NCBI RefSeq assembly: GCF_026210795.1
Contig: NC_089435.1
Coordinates: forward strand, 4,154,001 to 4,218,000
Origin: Rhizophagus irregularis
Taxonomy: Eukaryota
Length of the DNA stretch: 64,000 bases
Reading direction: 5' to 3'
A program made the position numbers and the translations under genes. Numbering within the stretch: the stretch's first letter is position 1; each line of letters opens with the position of its first letter. Below are positions 1 to 11,278 of this stretch, in pieces. A model generated the notes under the pieces. The model had not been told where the DNA came from. It ran no database searches and worked only from the letters and a program-made list of their open reading frames with translations.

Positions 1-335
1 ATCAAGCTGAGCCATAGGAAATTTGTGGCTCAGCTCGGCTTGGCTCAGTACATTTTTTCAAGCCAAGCTCAAGCCAGACCTTAACTTGGCTCAAACCTTA
101 GAACCCCATACGCAAAGCTTTAGATAGTACAAATAGTGTAACTATAAATATTAGTCAATCTAATCAAATTTATTATATGATAGAAGTGAATAATTTATAT
201 AATTATATAAAATTTATTAGTAGGTTAAATCACTTAGGTTAAATCACCCCAGGTTAAAATTAATTTTATACATTTAAATAATACATTTATTAAACTTTAT
301 TATATTTTCAGTATATAATTTTTCTTACTGGAATA

Positions 336-520
336 CAGTTAAAGCTCGTTATAGTGAACTTTCTGTTTCACTATGTAATTTTTTTCCTTTTATTCACTAA
401 AATGAGATTTATTAAGATATCAAAAGAAATTAATTATAAAGAAAAAAATCAATAGGTCACTATAATGCAATTTTACTTAATGTTCACTATAATGAGATTT
501 ACTATAATGAGCTTTAACTG
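336..520. mobile_element. Tc1/mariner-type MITE
   Basis: TIRs CAGTTAAAGCTCGTTATAGT / ACTATAATGAGCTTTAACTG, TA on both sides, internal TCACTATAATG repeats. Confidence 0.85.
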
Positions 521-910
521 TAGTAATCTTTAGCTATATATAAAAATATCTTGTTTATCCAAAATTTCATAATTAGTTAATTTATAAAGAAATGTTAAAC
601 AATAATCTGAGACAATGCTAAAATAATATGAAATTGGTTTTAAAAAAAAAGTATTGAATAATATTTCGTGATCTTTAGATAATTTTGGCCAAATTTGTAA
701 TTCTAGCCGAAATTAATATCACGTGATACCGGGAAAAATAGTTTAGCCGGCTAAGCATAGTAGCACGAAAATTTAATGTTACACAAATTTGTAATTCTGG
801 CCGGCGTTATGAATTCTGGCCAGAATTATTGCCGATCAGTTGTAAATCCAATCCGGATAAAATCCGGATTTTTTTGTGTAATCCGGATGACGGTTTTCAT
901 CCGGGTCGAA

Positions 911-1205
911 GCTTTAAAGGGTTCATTTGGTGATGTACGAAAACAGAACCTTCTTTTAGTGTCATTTATATTTCTAACAATCAATATTCATTTGTCTGTT
1001 TACTATGGTTTTGCTTTAAAAGGGTTATCATTTGGTGATGTACGAAAAAAATCCCTTCTTTTGTATCATTTATATTTCTAAAAATAAATATTCATTTGTC
1101 TCTTTGCAAGTTTACTATGGTTTTGCTTTAAAAGGGTTATCATTTGGTTATGTACGAAAAAATCCTTTCTTTTGGTGTCATTATAATTCTAAAAATCAAT
1201 ATTTA
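911..1205 (+). repeat. Three ~100-110 bp tandem units upstream of the secreted-peptide gene
   Basis: GCTTTAAA(A)GGGTT(AT)CATTTGGT(G/T)ATGTACGAAAA recurs at ~911, ~1013 and ~1125. Confidence 0.9.
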
Positions 1206-1361
1206 AATGATTCGAATCCACCTTTCCTTTATTTCACTTTTCAACCTAACTAACAATCAATTAGTTTGCCTTTTCACTTATTTTACATGTAGGGTTTTTT
1301 GCAGTCTGTATAGTTTTCGTCTATTCGTATGTTGTTAATCTTTTACTCCCTTTAGATTACG

Positions 1362-1631
1362 ATGGGTCTTAACATTCTTAAGTTCTTCTCGGTTCTCTCA
1401 ATTTTTCTCTTCGTTGCTTCAGCATATCATCTGGCTGAACGTGCTGTTGTTACTTGTGATCACTGTGCACCAGTAAGTGGCATTGGTGATTGTAGTTCAA
1501 ATTCTTTCACAAGTATCAGTCAATGGGATTGCAGCGGATCTACTAATGCGATTTGCACTAGTTTATGTACTGGTTGTACTCTAACGTGCACGTCTGCTAC
1601 TTCAATTGCCTGGACTTGTAACTGCACATAA
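1362..1631 (+). CDS. Small secreted cysteine-rich protein (89 aa, 10 Cys), defensin/CSab-like spacing
   Basis: Intronless ORF. Hydrophobic signal peptide ending VASA, short pro-piece YHLAER, 62-aa mature part with 10 Cys including CxxxC and a terminal CxC. Confidence 0.85.
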   Translation: MGLNILKFFSVLSIFLFVASAYHLAERAVVTCDHCAPVSGIGDCSSNSFTSISQWDCSGSTNAICTSLCTGCTLTCTSATSIAWTCNCT

Positions 1632-3954
1632 TTTTTCAATTATATCATATTCTGTATTCCTCTTATTTTTTCAATTACTTTTTTCAATTACTTTGAAATG
1701 TAACATATAATCAAAGAAATATTTCAATGTTTATGAAACAACAATAAAAAACACATAGTAAATCTATAATATCATAGTCGAGATACTTGAAATTTTTGCA
1801 GTGACCAATTTTTCAGTATTGCTTTTCTCGTGGTCAATTCAGAAACTAACAAATATGAAGAAATCACTACGGAAATTTCAAAGCCCGTTATATAAACATT
1901 GCATTATATCGATAATCCATGTAAGATGTGCCCTATATGTCCATCAGCCGGCGAGGAATTCGAAAGCGAAACTCTAAGGAATCCGAAAATAAGAAGGCAA
2001 TCCTCCATATTGAAAAAGGAGTAGTTTCGAATCAATTCCATAAATTATAATGAGATTGATAATGCGGAAAAAAATGGGATCAAGTCCTTCACTGTATCAA
2101 GTTTTTCGGATCTAACGAGAAGTAAGGTCGCGTACATCATAAAAAATTTCGAGGATTAGTGGCCGATTTTCCCAGCGTAACCTGAAAAAAATGTCACGAA
2201 AAATCACGTGAGATTTTCATCACCGGCGGCACGCCCTTCCTTGTTTCCATTTTTCATAAGTATCTGGTAACAAAATCCTACTCGTCACGCACTATCCGTT
2301 ACATGTGCGCCACACTTAATTTCAGTCAAGTTGCGTAATGCCGGCCATTTCGTTTATGCTTGGGGTAGCCTTAGCCTTACCGCGCCACATTCACGTGATA
2401 CGGTTTCGGCGCCGGAACACCCTCAACACTTGTTTTTTTGACTTTTATTAGCTTTCGAATGTAGTTTCGCATATGTGGCATTGTAAAGCATGATGCAGTT
2501 GTAACAATTAAATGAATAAAGCTTTCCCATATCGGGCTTTTCTCCTTTTTTAATCTCGGAATGATCGGAATGATGTATGATTTGCGTGATAGTCTAAATT
2601 TTTTACAGGTTCGATCATCTCATGATTTGAGTTGCGGGAAGGTTGCGGGGAACTGACTGGGAGGCGTGAGTGAGAGCTAGGGTGATACCCGTGATATGAT
2701 ACACGTTATGCTACAAACTGCATGTAAATAAATTAGCTTAGCCGAGAGATGACCCCGATATGCTTGTAATCGAATAAAAATGAATATGATATTTTATTAT
2801 AATATACTTGTTATAAACTGTTATAAATCGCTAAAATTCACTAAAAACGCTATAAATCAGTATATATCACTATAAATTTACTAATAAGTATTCCCGGAGA
2901 AGCTATTAGTATTATTATAGATGAAGTTTATAATAAAACTGTACCCAAACCTATCAATCTCCATCCTGGATATGATATTATGATATGAGGCATATTAGCG
3001 TATATATGAGAAATTATAGTTATGGTACTGATCTTCTCTATTCAGGTATGGTCGCATAAATGTATCAATCTTCTGAGGAGGATCAGATGATGTGATCTTG
3101 TAAAATATTATTAGATCCCCAAAGTAGATGACATCAATTGTCCCAGACAATTTTCCATTGTAATAAACTCACACAAAAGACGCTCTTCGCTTTTTATCTG
3201 TATATCGGTAAAGGTTTCAATGGAGACAAAAGCAGTTTGATGTATTCTATATACGCCAAATCACAAGAAATTTCATATTTACTAGCAAATTCGGAAGGGG
3301 TCAGAACCTTGGGATCTCTCAGAATGGTCATATGCTGATTATGATGATTGCACATATTGCCAAGATTTTCATGAGTACTCGAATTATTAGGTATTTTTAC
3401 TGACATACCGCATCTAGATCAGATTAATGCGAGAGAAACACTGTATTATTAGTTATTGTATAAGAGTATATAATCGTCCCAAAATTTGACATTTGAAGAC
3501 GAAGCTTTGCGCATTTTTTTTACCTGAATATCAGCAACCCTTTTTATGTAGAAAATTTGCTTATCCACACTAAATCAATTTGTGCATGAAACTTGAAAAT
3601 GGGACTTGGAATCAAAAGGTATGCACCGTGTTTTTTGAAGTCACACAGATTGTCAGAAGATCATTTTGCATTTAAATAATCATATTTTTTCTGGATAATT
3701 TTCTTTATAAAATTCGCACAAAGGCTTTTCACATGTAGTTTGATTTACGCCAAGTCTATTTCCCAAAAGAGCGCTTAATGGTTATGCAGTGTCATACAGA
3801 TAATCACAATAGACACAATAGACACAATAGACAAGCCATTCAGAATTCTTACTTTATATAAATTTACGCCATTAGAATTTTTTTTTTGTCATTAACAGAA
3901 TATAAATTATTGTTTAAATATTTTTATTATTAGTATCTTGCCTTGAATACGAAA

Positions 3955-4714
3955 ATGTCAGGTATTATTAGGCTTTCCTGTCTTGTTTTTGGTGACCCCA
4001 TTGAAAATGCCTTTACAGTCAAGGTTGATAAGGATGAGACCATTAGCGAACTTAAAGAAATTATCAAAACGAAGAAGCAAAACACATTCAATGATGTTGA
4101 TGCAAATGAGCTTAGCCTCTGGAAAATTAATGCGTCTCTTGACGAGCTGAACCAATTCATTTGCAAAAATGACACCGACATCAAAACAATTGGAGAAAAG
4201 TTGTTCCCATTGAACAAGGTTGGCAAGGAATTCCCCGAACCTGCTGGTGAACGCGTTCATGTAATTGTTCAGCATAATAAGGTAAATGTTAAACCACAAT
4301 GCGGAATCTATTTTTCACGTCTATTAAGATAACTGAGATATCAATTATTTAATAGGCATCAATCTCAATTGCCGAGAAGATTAAAGAACTCGAAACAAAA
4401 TTGAATTCAATAAATACCAGGTTAGATGAATTTAGAGAATATTCCGTTGTGATTAATTAAAATTTGCTATTCCTTATTCTATAAATTACAATTTTAGTTG
4501 TTCAAATTGTTCTTGTTCAAATAGTTCATCCACCTTGGTTGTTAATAATCTTCGAGCTGATACGATCAGTTGCAAATATATCAGGTTTTTTGATGATTAT
4601 TGTGAACGCTGGCAAATAGCATACGAGAGTAGGACTGCATTGGTCTTTCGTGATCATTGTGGCGAGGGTGATAAAAGATACGCTATGCCGAACAATATAT
4701 TCAAAGATCTCTAA
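3955..4714 (+). CDS. Crinkler (CRN)-type N-terminal domain protein, 3 exons (3955-4281, 4356-4420, 4498-4714), ~202 aa
   Basis: N-terminus LSCLVFGD..NAFTVKV..ETISELKEIIK..DVDANELSLWK..RVHVIV matches the fungal CRN ubiquitin-like N-domain (LWKV and HVIV motifs). Two GT-AG introns join in frame to a short coiled-coil exon and a C-terminal exon ending LVFRDHCGEGDKRYAMPNNIFKDL*. Confidence 0.85.
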
Positions 4715-6269
4715 TGAAAAAAAAAATCATTTTATTATATATAATAAAGTTGACATCAATTTTTTACTATTATGGAACAGTGTATAAATTATTAGTATAG
4801 CATTGGTCTTAAAAAACACTGATAAAGTGATGGTAGAACATCATCATTAATGTGGTGCATATTGGTATACTCCTCATAAGTACCATTATAACCCGTAAAA
4901 CCACCGATTGACATAATAAATACAGTTAGTTATATTGTGCTTCGATTTAATGATTTATAGATTTATAGCAATTTATAGAAATTTATAGAAATTTTAGTGA
5001 TTTATGGCGAGAAAATATCATGATCTAAATTTATACGGAATCAAGTAAATATAAAACTTTAATTACACTTATGTGATTCGTTTTTATTTAGGGGAATGAA
5101 GTGATATAGGGAATACTGTATTGCAGATAAGAGAATTTATATGTAGTTATATGCTCACATGCATTGTATGCTAGTTTCTCCACTGCTTTGGAGTTCTGAA
5201 TCACATATCTCATTAAGGAGGAACTGTATGAAAAAATTTTCCAACCCTGCTCTCATGTATATACATATGAAAAAACGCCAATATTCCGGATTAAAAATAC
5301 TTATTTTTTCTAGCAGCGCAACACCCTAATTCAATAAGTTTATAATAAATGAACTCATTTTTTTGTTAGTGGGCGCATCGTATACACATGTACGTTTTAA
5401 AAGGTTTTATTAAATTTTTTATAAAGTGTTACATGAAAAGAAAGCCAGACGGCTGAGTAAAATGAAAAAATAAAACGAGTAGTTGTTTCAAGGGAACAAT
5501 AAAGTATAGAAGGACATACAAGATAAAGGGAACAATATAAAAACAATTTATCAAAAATCAATTATCTTTACTCCATATCGTTGAATAGTTGGCAATAATA
5601 AACCTTTTATATCAAAATCCAGAATAAATATTTCGTAGACTCTTTCATTCTAGGATCAGTTTCAGACATAACATAAAACTTGAGGGATACTTTTACGATA
5701 AATGCATCGATGCTTACGAGGAATCCTTTATTGAGATCTTTCCAATAGAATTACCAAAAATTTTTACGATAATAGTAAAACTAGATAGCGATAAGCTATT
5801 TGTATTCCAATAATATTGAGAATGCTAAAATTCAGGAATTTTTTTTGTATAATCTTCACAAGGTCTTCGTATTTCCTAATGGATTTATTATAGCATCCAA
5901 CACTAACATTAGTAGTATCAACATTTGTGTATTTATCAACCCAGCGAACCATGGGTACATCTGCAATGTACTAGGCATTTCACCGTTATAAAGAGTAGTA
6001 GTACAGTAGTACAGTAGACATATCGACTAACTTTTGCGTAGACAATAATAGTAGGTTAGTTTTTGCCTGTTGATATATATATATATGATAAAATTTATAT
6101 TTTTCCGGAATGTGTATCAACTGACCGTCGCCTTTGCAATTCAAAGTAACACACATTTAAAAAATTCAAAGTAAAGGGCCGGCCGGCTAAGTAAAAATGA
6201 AAGTAAAAAATAATAGAGTAGCAGGTTGTTTCAAGGGAGGAATAAAGCATGAATGCCTGCCGAACCCTA

Positions 6270-6770
6270 ACTCATGTAATAGCAGTTCCTTCCCCGCTAC
6301 TCAGTGATATATCAGATTGCTATCCAAGCACCTATTTTTTCTAAGTTTTCGCTTTTTATATTTTCCCCACGGTAAAAACCCTTTATCGTATCTTTCCCAA
6401 TTACTCCCTCCCAAGTCTAAGAATATCAACTGATACAACAGCACGCATCTGATCTAAATAATAATCATTTGTACCCTTAATCCTATCAAATATATCTGAA
6501 AATTGTTCCCGGATTACGGAAATGATATTTGCGGATCTTTGGCTCGAGCCTACAATCAAAAAATGTTAGTCAAACCCCCTAATATACAAAGCATTGATTA
6601 TCAAGAATTATTTTGTTTTTATCTTACCAGAAGAGCCAGAAGAACCGGAAGAGCTTGAAGATGAATTGGTCGAAGAGCCTCGCGAATTATTTTCAGATTC
6701 ATTTGGGTTTGGGACACACTTTGTTGATCAAAATCGGGTCTTTGGATAACTTGCATAACGTTGAGCCATA
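6270..6770 (-). pseudogene. Degenerate two-exon gene fragment of unknown family
   Basis: Ser-rich exon, GTAAG..TAG intron (~6627-6551), then IISVIREQFSDIFDRIKG...TIKGFYRGENIKSENLEKIGAWI with stops and a frameshift. Confidence 0.35.
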
Positions 6771-7399
6771 TCATTTTATGATTTTTTTTTTTATGAGTAT
6801 TAATAATGAATAATGAAAAAATTTTATTAAAAAAATAAAAATAAAATTTTCTCTTAAATATTTAAGCGATTCTTTTTTTTTCGATTAAATCATTCATTTA
6901 TAAGTTCGAGGAAATAATAATAAAGAAACAAAAAAAAATTGTTTTTTTTTATCCTCCTGACATTCTAAATCAAATTTGGCCGATTGGAAAATGTTACACA
7001 CAGCTAAAACCCACCAAACACTATTAAAGATTAGTTAAAATAGAAATATTCTTTTTTTTTTCTATAGATAAAAATAGTTGATTTTATTATTTTTTAACGT
7101 AAATTTTGTTTTTTTTTGTTTTTTTTTTTAAAAAAAAAAGGTTAATGTACGAGAGACGATTATTTGAAACACTTTTTAAAGAATTTGGACAACATGATGA
7201 CAATTTAATATAACGATGATAAAGAGGCCTTCAACCCTCAATATGAAATCTTTATGATACGACATGTAGCTCTAAATTAATTAGTTGACAATAAACCGAT
7301 ATTGTATAGTGTATATAAAAGAAAAAAATTTCATGGATTAATTTCGTGGAAAAGGTTTATTTGTAAAAAAAAAAAGGATTTTTTTTTTTCGGTTAGGGG

Positions 7400-7820
7400 T
7401 TAAGGAAATAAATGTGGAGCGTGTCACTCATTAAATTTAACGTGATCAACTATCTTTATTTTTTAACTATAAATTAGAAATTTCCCGGCTATCCAGGAAA
7501 TAAGTATAAACTCAGCTACTAATCACTCGCAATTTTCAAAAATTAGTATGAAGGTAATCATGAGTGAGATTATTTCATGTGAAGGGGAACATTAGGGTTT
7601 TCGGGAAAAAACCCTATTATTCTAAACTCCCCATGAAATAAATGGGTAACGTGTCACTCATTAAATATTAACTATTTTAAACTTACCTATTTTAAACTAA
7701 AATTAGTAATCTCCCGGCTATCTATATGAGGCCGGGAAATAAGTAAACGAAGATTCCCAGTCATTTATAAACTCAGCTAATCATAAAAAATCAGTACGGA
7801 GGTAATCATGAGTGCGATAG
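7400..7820 (+). repeat. Two-copy ~230 bp tandem duplication
   Basis: GTGTCACTCATTAAAT...CCCGGCTATC...AACTCAGCTA...GGTAATCATGAGTG at ~7411 and ~7651. Confidence 0.8.
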
Positions 7821-9827
7821 GGAATTACTACTATTAACTGTTAATGACTCTCATCAAATCAAACGTTGAGTACTGTTTCAATTTCAATGAGAAATTTATA
7901 AAAATAATAATGTAAAAAAAAATGTAATAAATAAATTATAATAAATTATTAAATTATGTAAGATACTTTTATTGCAATTCAAAGTTTATTAAATTACTCG
8001 CCTTTTACAATTCATATAATTCATATTAATCCTGATTAAAAACCGATCGTTAACGCTTCTCCATTTTAAAGAATATATATATATAGGTGATAATAAAATA
8101 CTTGTTTGATTTTCCTATCTAACGATCTTGCCCATCATTGCAAAAATCATACTTTGTGCGATGTTTAATTAGTTTTTAATTCTGAATGTGCATAATTATC
8201 AAACATCCAAAATAACCGGGCGTCGAAATCTACCAGTCTGAATTATGTAAAATACCTATAAAAAACGGAGAAATAAATAATAATAAATTACATATGTACG
8301 ATAATAAGTCAACCGAGTCCACGATTGCCAAAGCAATCCATCGTCATATGGAATGGTAGCACTAATGATGAAAGTCTAAATATTATGTAATTTCGATTGA
8401 AAAGTAAACCATCATGCAAAAAGTAGATTGTTACCTGTTTAATGATTATTTAACTACTATAAAGCCCAACTAACACAGAATAAAAAAAGATGTAAAGAGC
8501 TGAAAAGTTACTTGATGATTTAATCAAAGAGACGACCAGCACCAGTAAAACCCTTAAAATCACATCATTGCAAGCAACAATTTTAGTTGAGATAAACTTA
8601 CGAGAGGGCAACCTAAATATTTTAAAAAGGAAAGAAAAAAGAAAGAAATATTGAAAGAGAAACTTGCAGTATTTGACATAACCAATAAATAGCTTAAATT
8701 AATCGTATATTAATCCATGCAAATACTACTAACCAAAATAGAGTTCTTCCAACGTGATATAGCGCATTATATTCAACCATTTTCGATTATTTGGACCTAA
8801 ATTAATATTATATAAAATTATAAATATAGGTAATAAATAGTATTATTAATTATACTATGCATAGTTAATATTTAATGCTGCAAGTTATAATAGCCACATG
8901 CCAAAGCGTGAGAATCTGATAAGCGATGCCAAGAAATTTATTATGTTACATCTAGAAAATCTACCAGTTAAATTTCCGAAGTCATTCACTTTCATTAAAA
9001 GAAAGTTTAATTAATCCACGTGAACAAATTATAATATATACGTCATAAAAATGATTAAGCTTTTATCGTTACATTATTATCATCAATCCGTAAACCTTAA
9101 ATCAATAAGTGCGAAAAATTATTATTTCCCCTCAAATATATGTTTGTTGTAAAAAAAAAAAATATCTTACCAAAATGGTCGATAAAAACATACACCAGAA
9201 TGGCATTTCATTTCTAATTGTGGTATTGTATCACAATACAATGTGAAATTAAAAAATTAAAAAATCAGGGCGTAAAAAAAAACTTGATAATCATCATGTT
9301 CATTTATAGTTTTGGATACATTCTCAAAGTTACACGATGCGTTGAAAAAAAAATTTATCATATCGCCGTACATTAATTTGTCTAAAATAAGACTTCGTAT
9401 AATAGTATTTACATGGAATGAGTGGTACAATAACTAATACTTGAACCCATATACAAGTGGTATGACAAACGCGGTTTAATAAATTCATTAAATGATAAAA
9501 TTTAATTTTCGCTTGAGAAATAAACTGTCCTATTTTGAAAATATACTATCAGGTAAAATTGCATATTCTAGCTAGATTATGATTGGCTACAATGGTATAT
9601 AATATTTTATATTGTTTTTGATTTTGAATATGTAATAATATAATCGAGAGTTTTGTTTGATTACAATGTCTAAGCTTGGAGAATTTCATTATTTGATATC
9701 TTAGATATTAACTTGATTTGAATTTTTAGTTATATTTTTATAATTAATATACATTTTTTATTTTTTTACAAAAGAAATTTTATAATCTTCATTTTTCAGG
9801 AGTTGATATATATATATATATATTTCA

Positions 9828-11278
9828 TTAATTTTCAGTTACCCATTTGAATTCTTTATTATCACTAATATCAAGTAATAAAATATCACTTTCATCTTGT
9901 CGATTATAACAGCAACCTATTAAAAATTAATTTGTTAGGAACACAATAGATTAATAAATATAATGATTGATTGATAAAAAAAATTGGATAATTACCAAAT
10001 GATATAAGCATATAATTGTCCATTACATTTGCTTTATGCCAAAATCTAGATCTTGGAATATCTCCAGTAACCTTTGGAATATACCAATTAAAATTTATTG
10101 TATTTAATACATAAAGTGCATCTGTCTTGGGAAGATTTGTTTTTCCTCTTCCCCCAAACATTATCACACTATTACCATCCAAACCTATTAAAAATAAAAA
10201 AAATAAGAAATAAGAAATGAATAAATAATATAATATAATATAGTATATTTTAATACTAACCAAGAACGACAGAAAAAAAATCTCTATTTGAAGGGACTAT
10301 ATCTCCTGAAGTTAACTATATAAATAAATGTTAAATAGTAAATAATAAATTTTATATCTAATTTAATTTAAATTGGCTTTACCTTTTTGCTCCAGCTATT
10401 ATGAATTGTATCATATAGATATATCTAAATTAATTAATATGTATGTATATATGAATGGTATGTATGTATAATATAAACTAATATAACATAATAAATGATA
10501 TAAAATATATATATATATTATAAATTTACCCTACGGAATGCCGATTCTCCTTCAATGTCAAAACGACCTAAATAATATATATATATATGGAATTTAAAAA
10601 AAGAATTTGATGATAAAATTATAAAGAATTGAATTACTTACCAATATAAAGGATAATTTGATTGGGTAATAAGGTAGCACCATAATCACCTCTTCCAGTA
10701 GGAGCATTAAATAAGCTTCCTTTTTCCCAATTTAAATTTATCGTATCTAAAATAAGCATATCCATATCTATTGAATAATCATTAAATACTAACCCATTTG
10801 GTAAAGTTTTACCAAATAAATACATTTTCCCATTGTTAGCTATAACTCCAGTCAAAAATTGCTTTCTAATAGTATTATCACCAATTATTTGTGGATTGTC
10901 CCATTTATTATATTTTGGATCGAATGTATAAACCAAAGCCATTGCACTATTATAAACTCCATATAAGAACAAAGTATTATTATTTACACCACCTACGACT
11001 GATGTTGCGCCATAATGTGAAGGAACAATATTATTATACGATAAATCTTTCCATAATAAATTTTTAGTATTAAATTTCTTTGAAACATCGAGATAGAAAA
11101 ATTCATGGTCACCATTATATCCGCTTCCTCCTAAAATATATAATTTATTATCGATAATTGTAGCAGTATGATCATGTCTTTTCATTGGAAAAAATATATA
11201 ATATGATTGACAATTTCCTCTAATTAATAATTGAATTAGAATCCATAATAAAAAATATGTTAAGAAATTCTTTGTCAT
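9828..11278 (-). CDS. K1: secreted six-blade Kelch beta-propeller protein without TM (6 exons: 11278-10642, 10567-10530, 10424-10383, 10315-10261, 10184-9996, 9916-9828; 349 aa)
   Basis: Signal peptide and Kelch motifs (HTATIIDNKLYILGG, ATLLPNQIILYIG, VIMFGG, HKANVMDNYMLISFG). All introns are GT-AG and the exons sum to 1050 nt in frame. Ends EFKWVTEN*. Confidence 0.85.

Noticed and set aside
776..1253. ORFs with a repeated YYGFALKGLSFG peptide
   Set aside because: By-product of the tandem DNA repeat; the frames shift between units.
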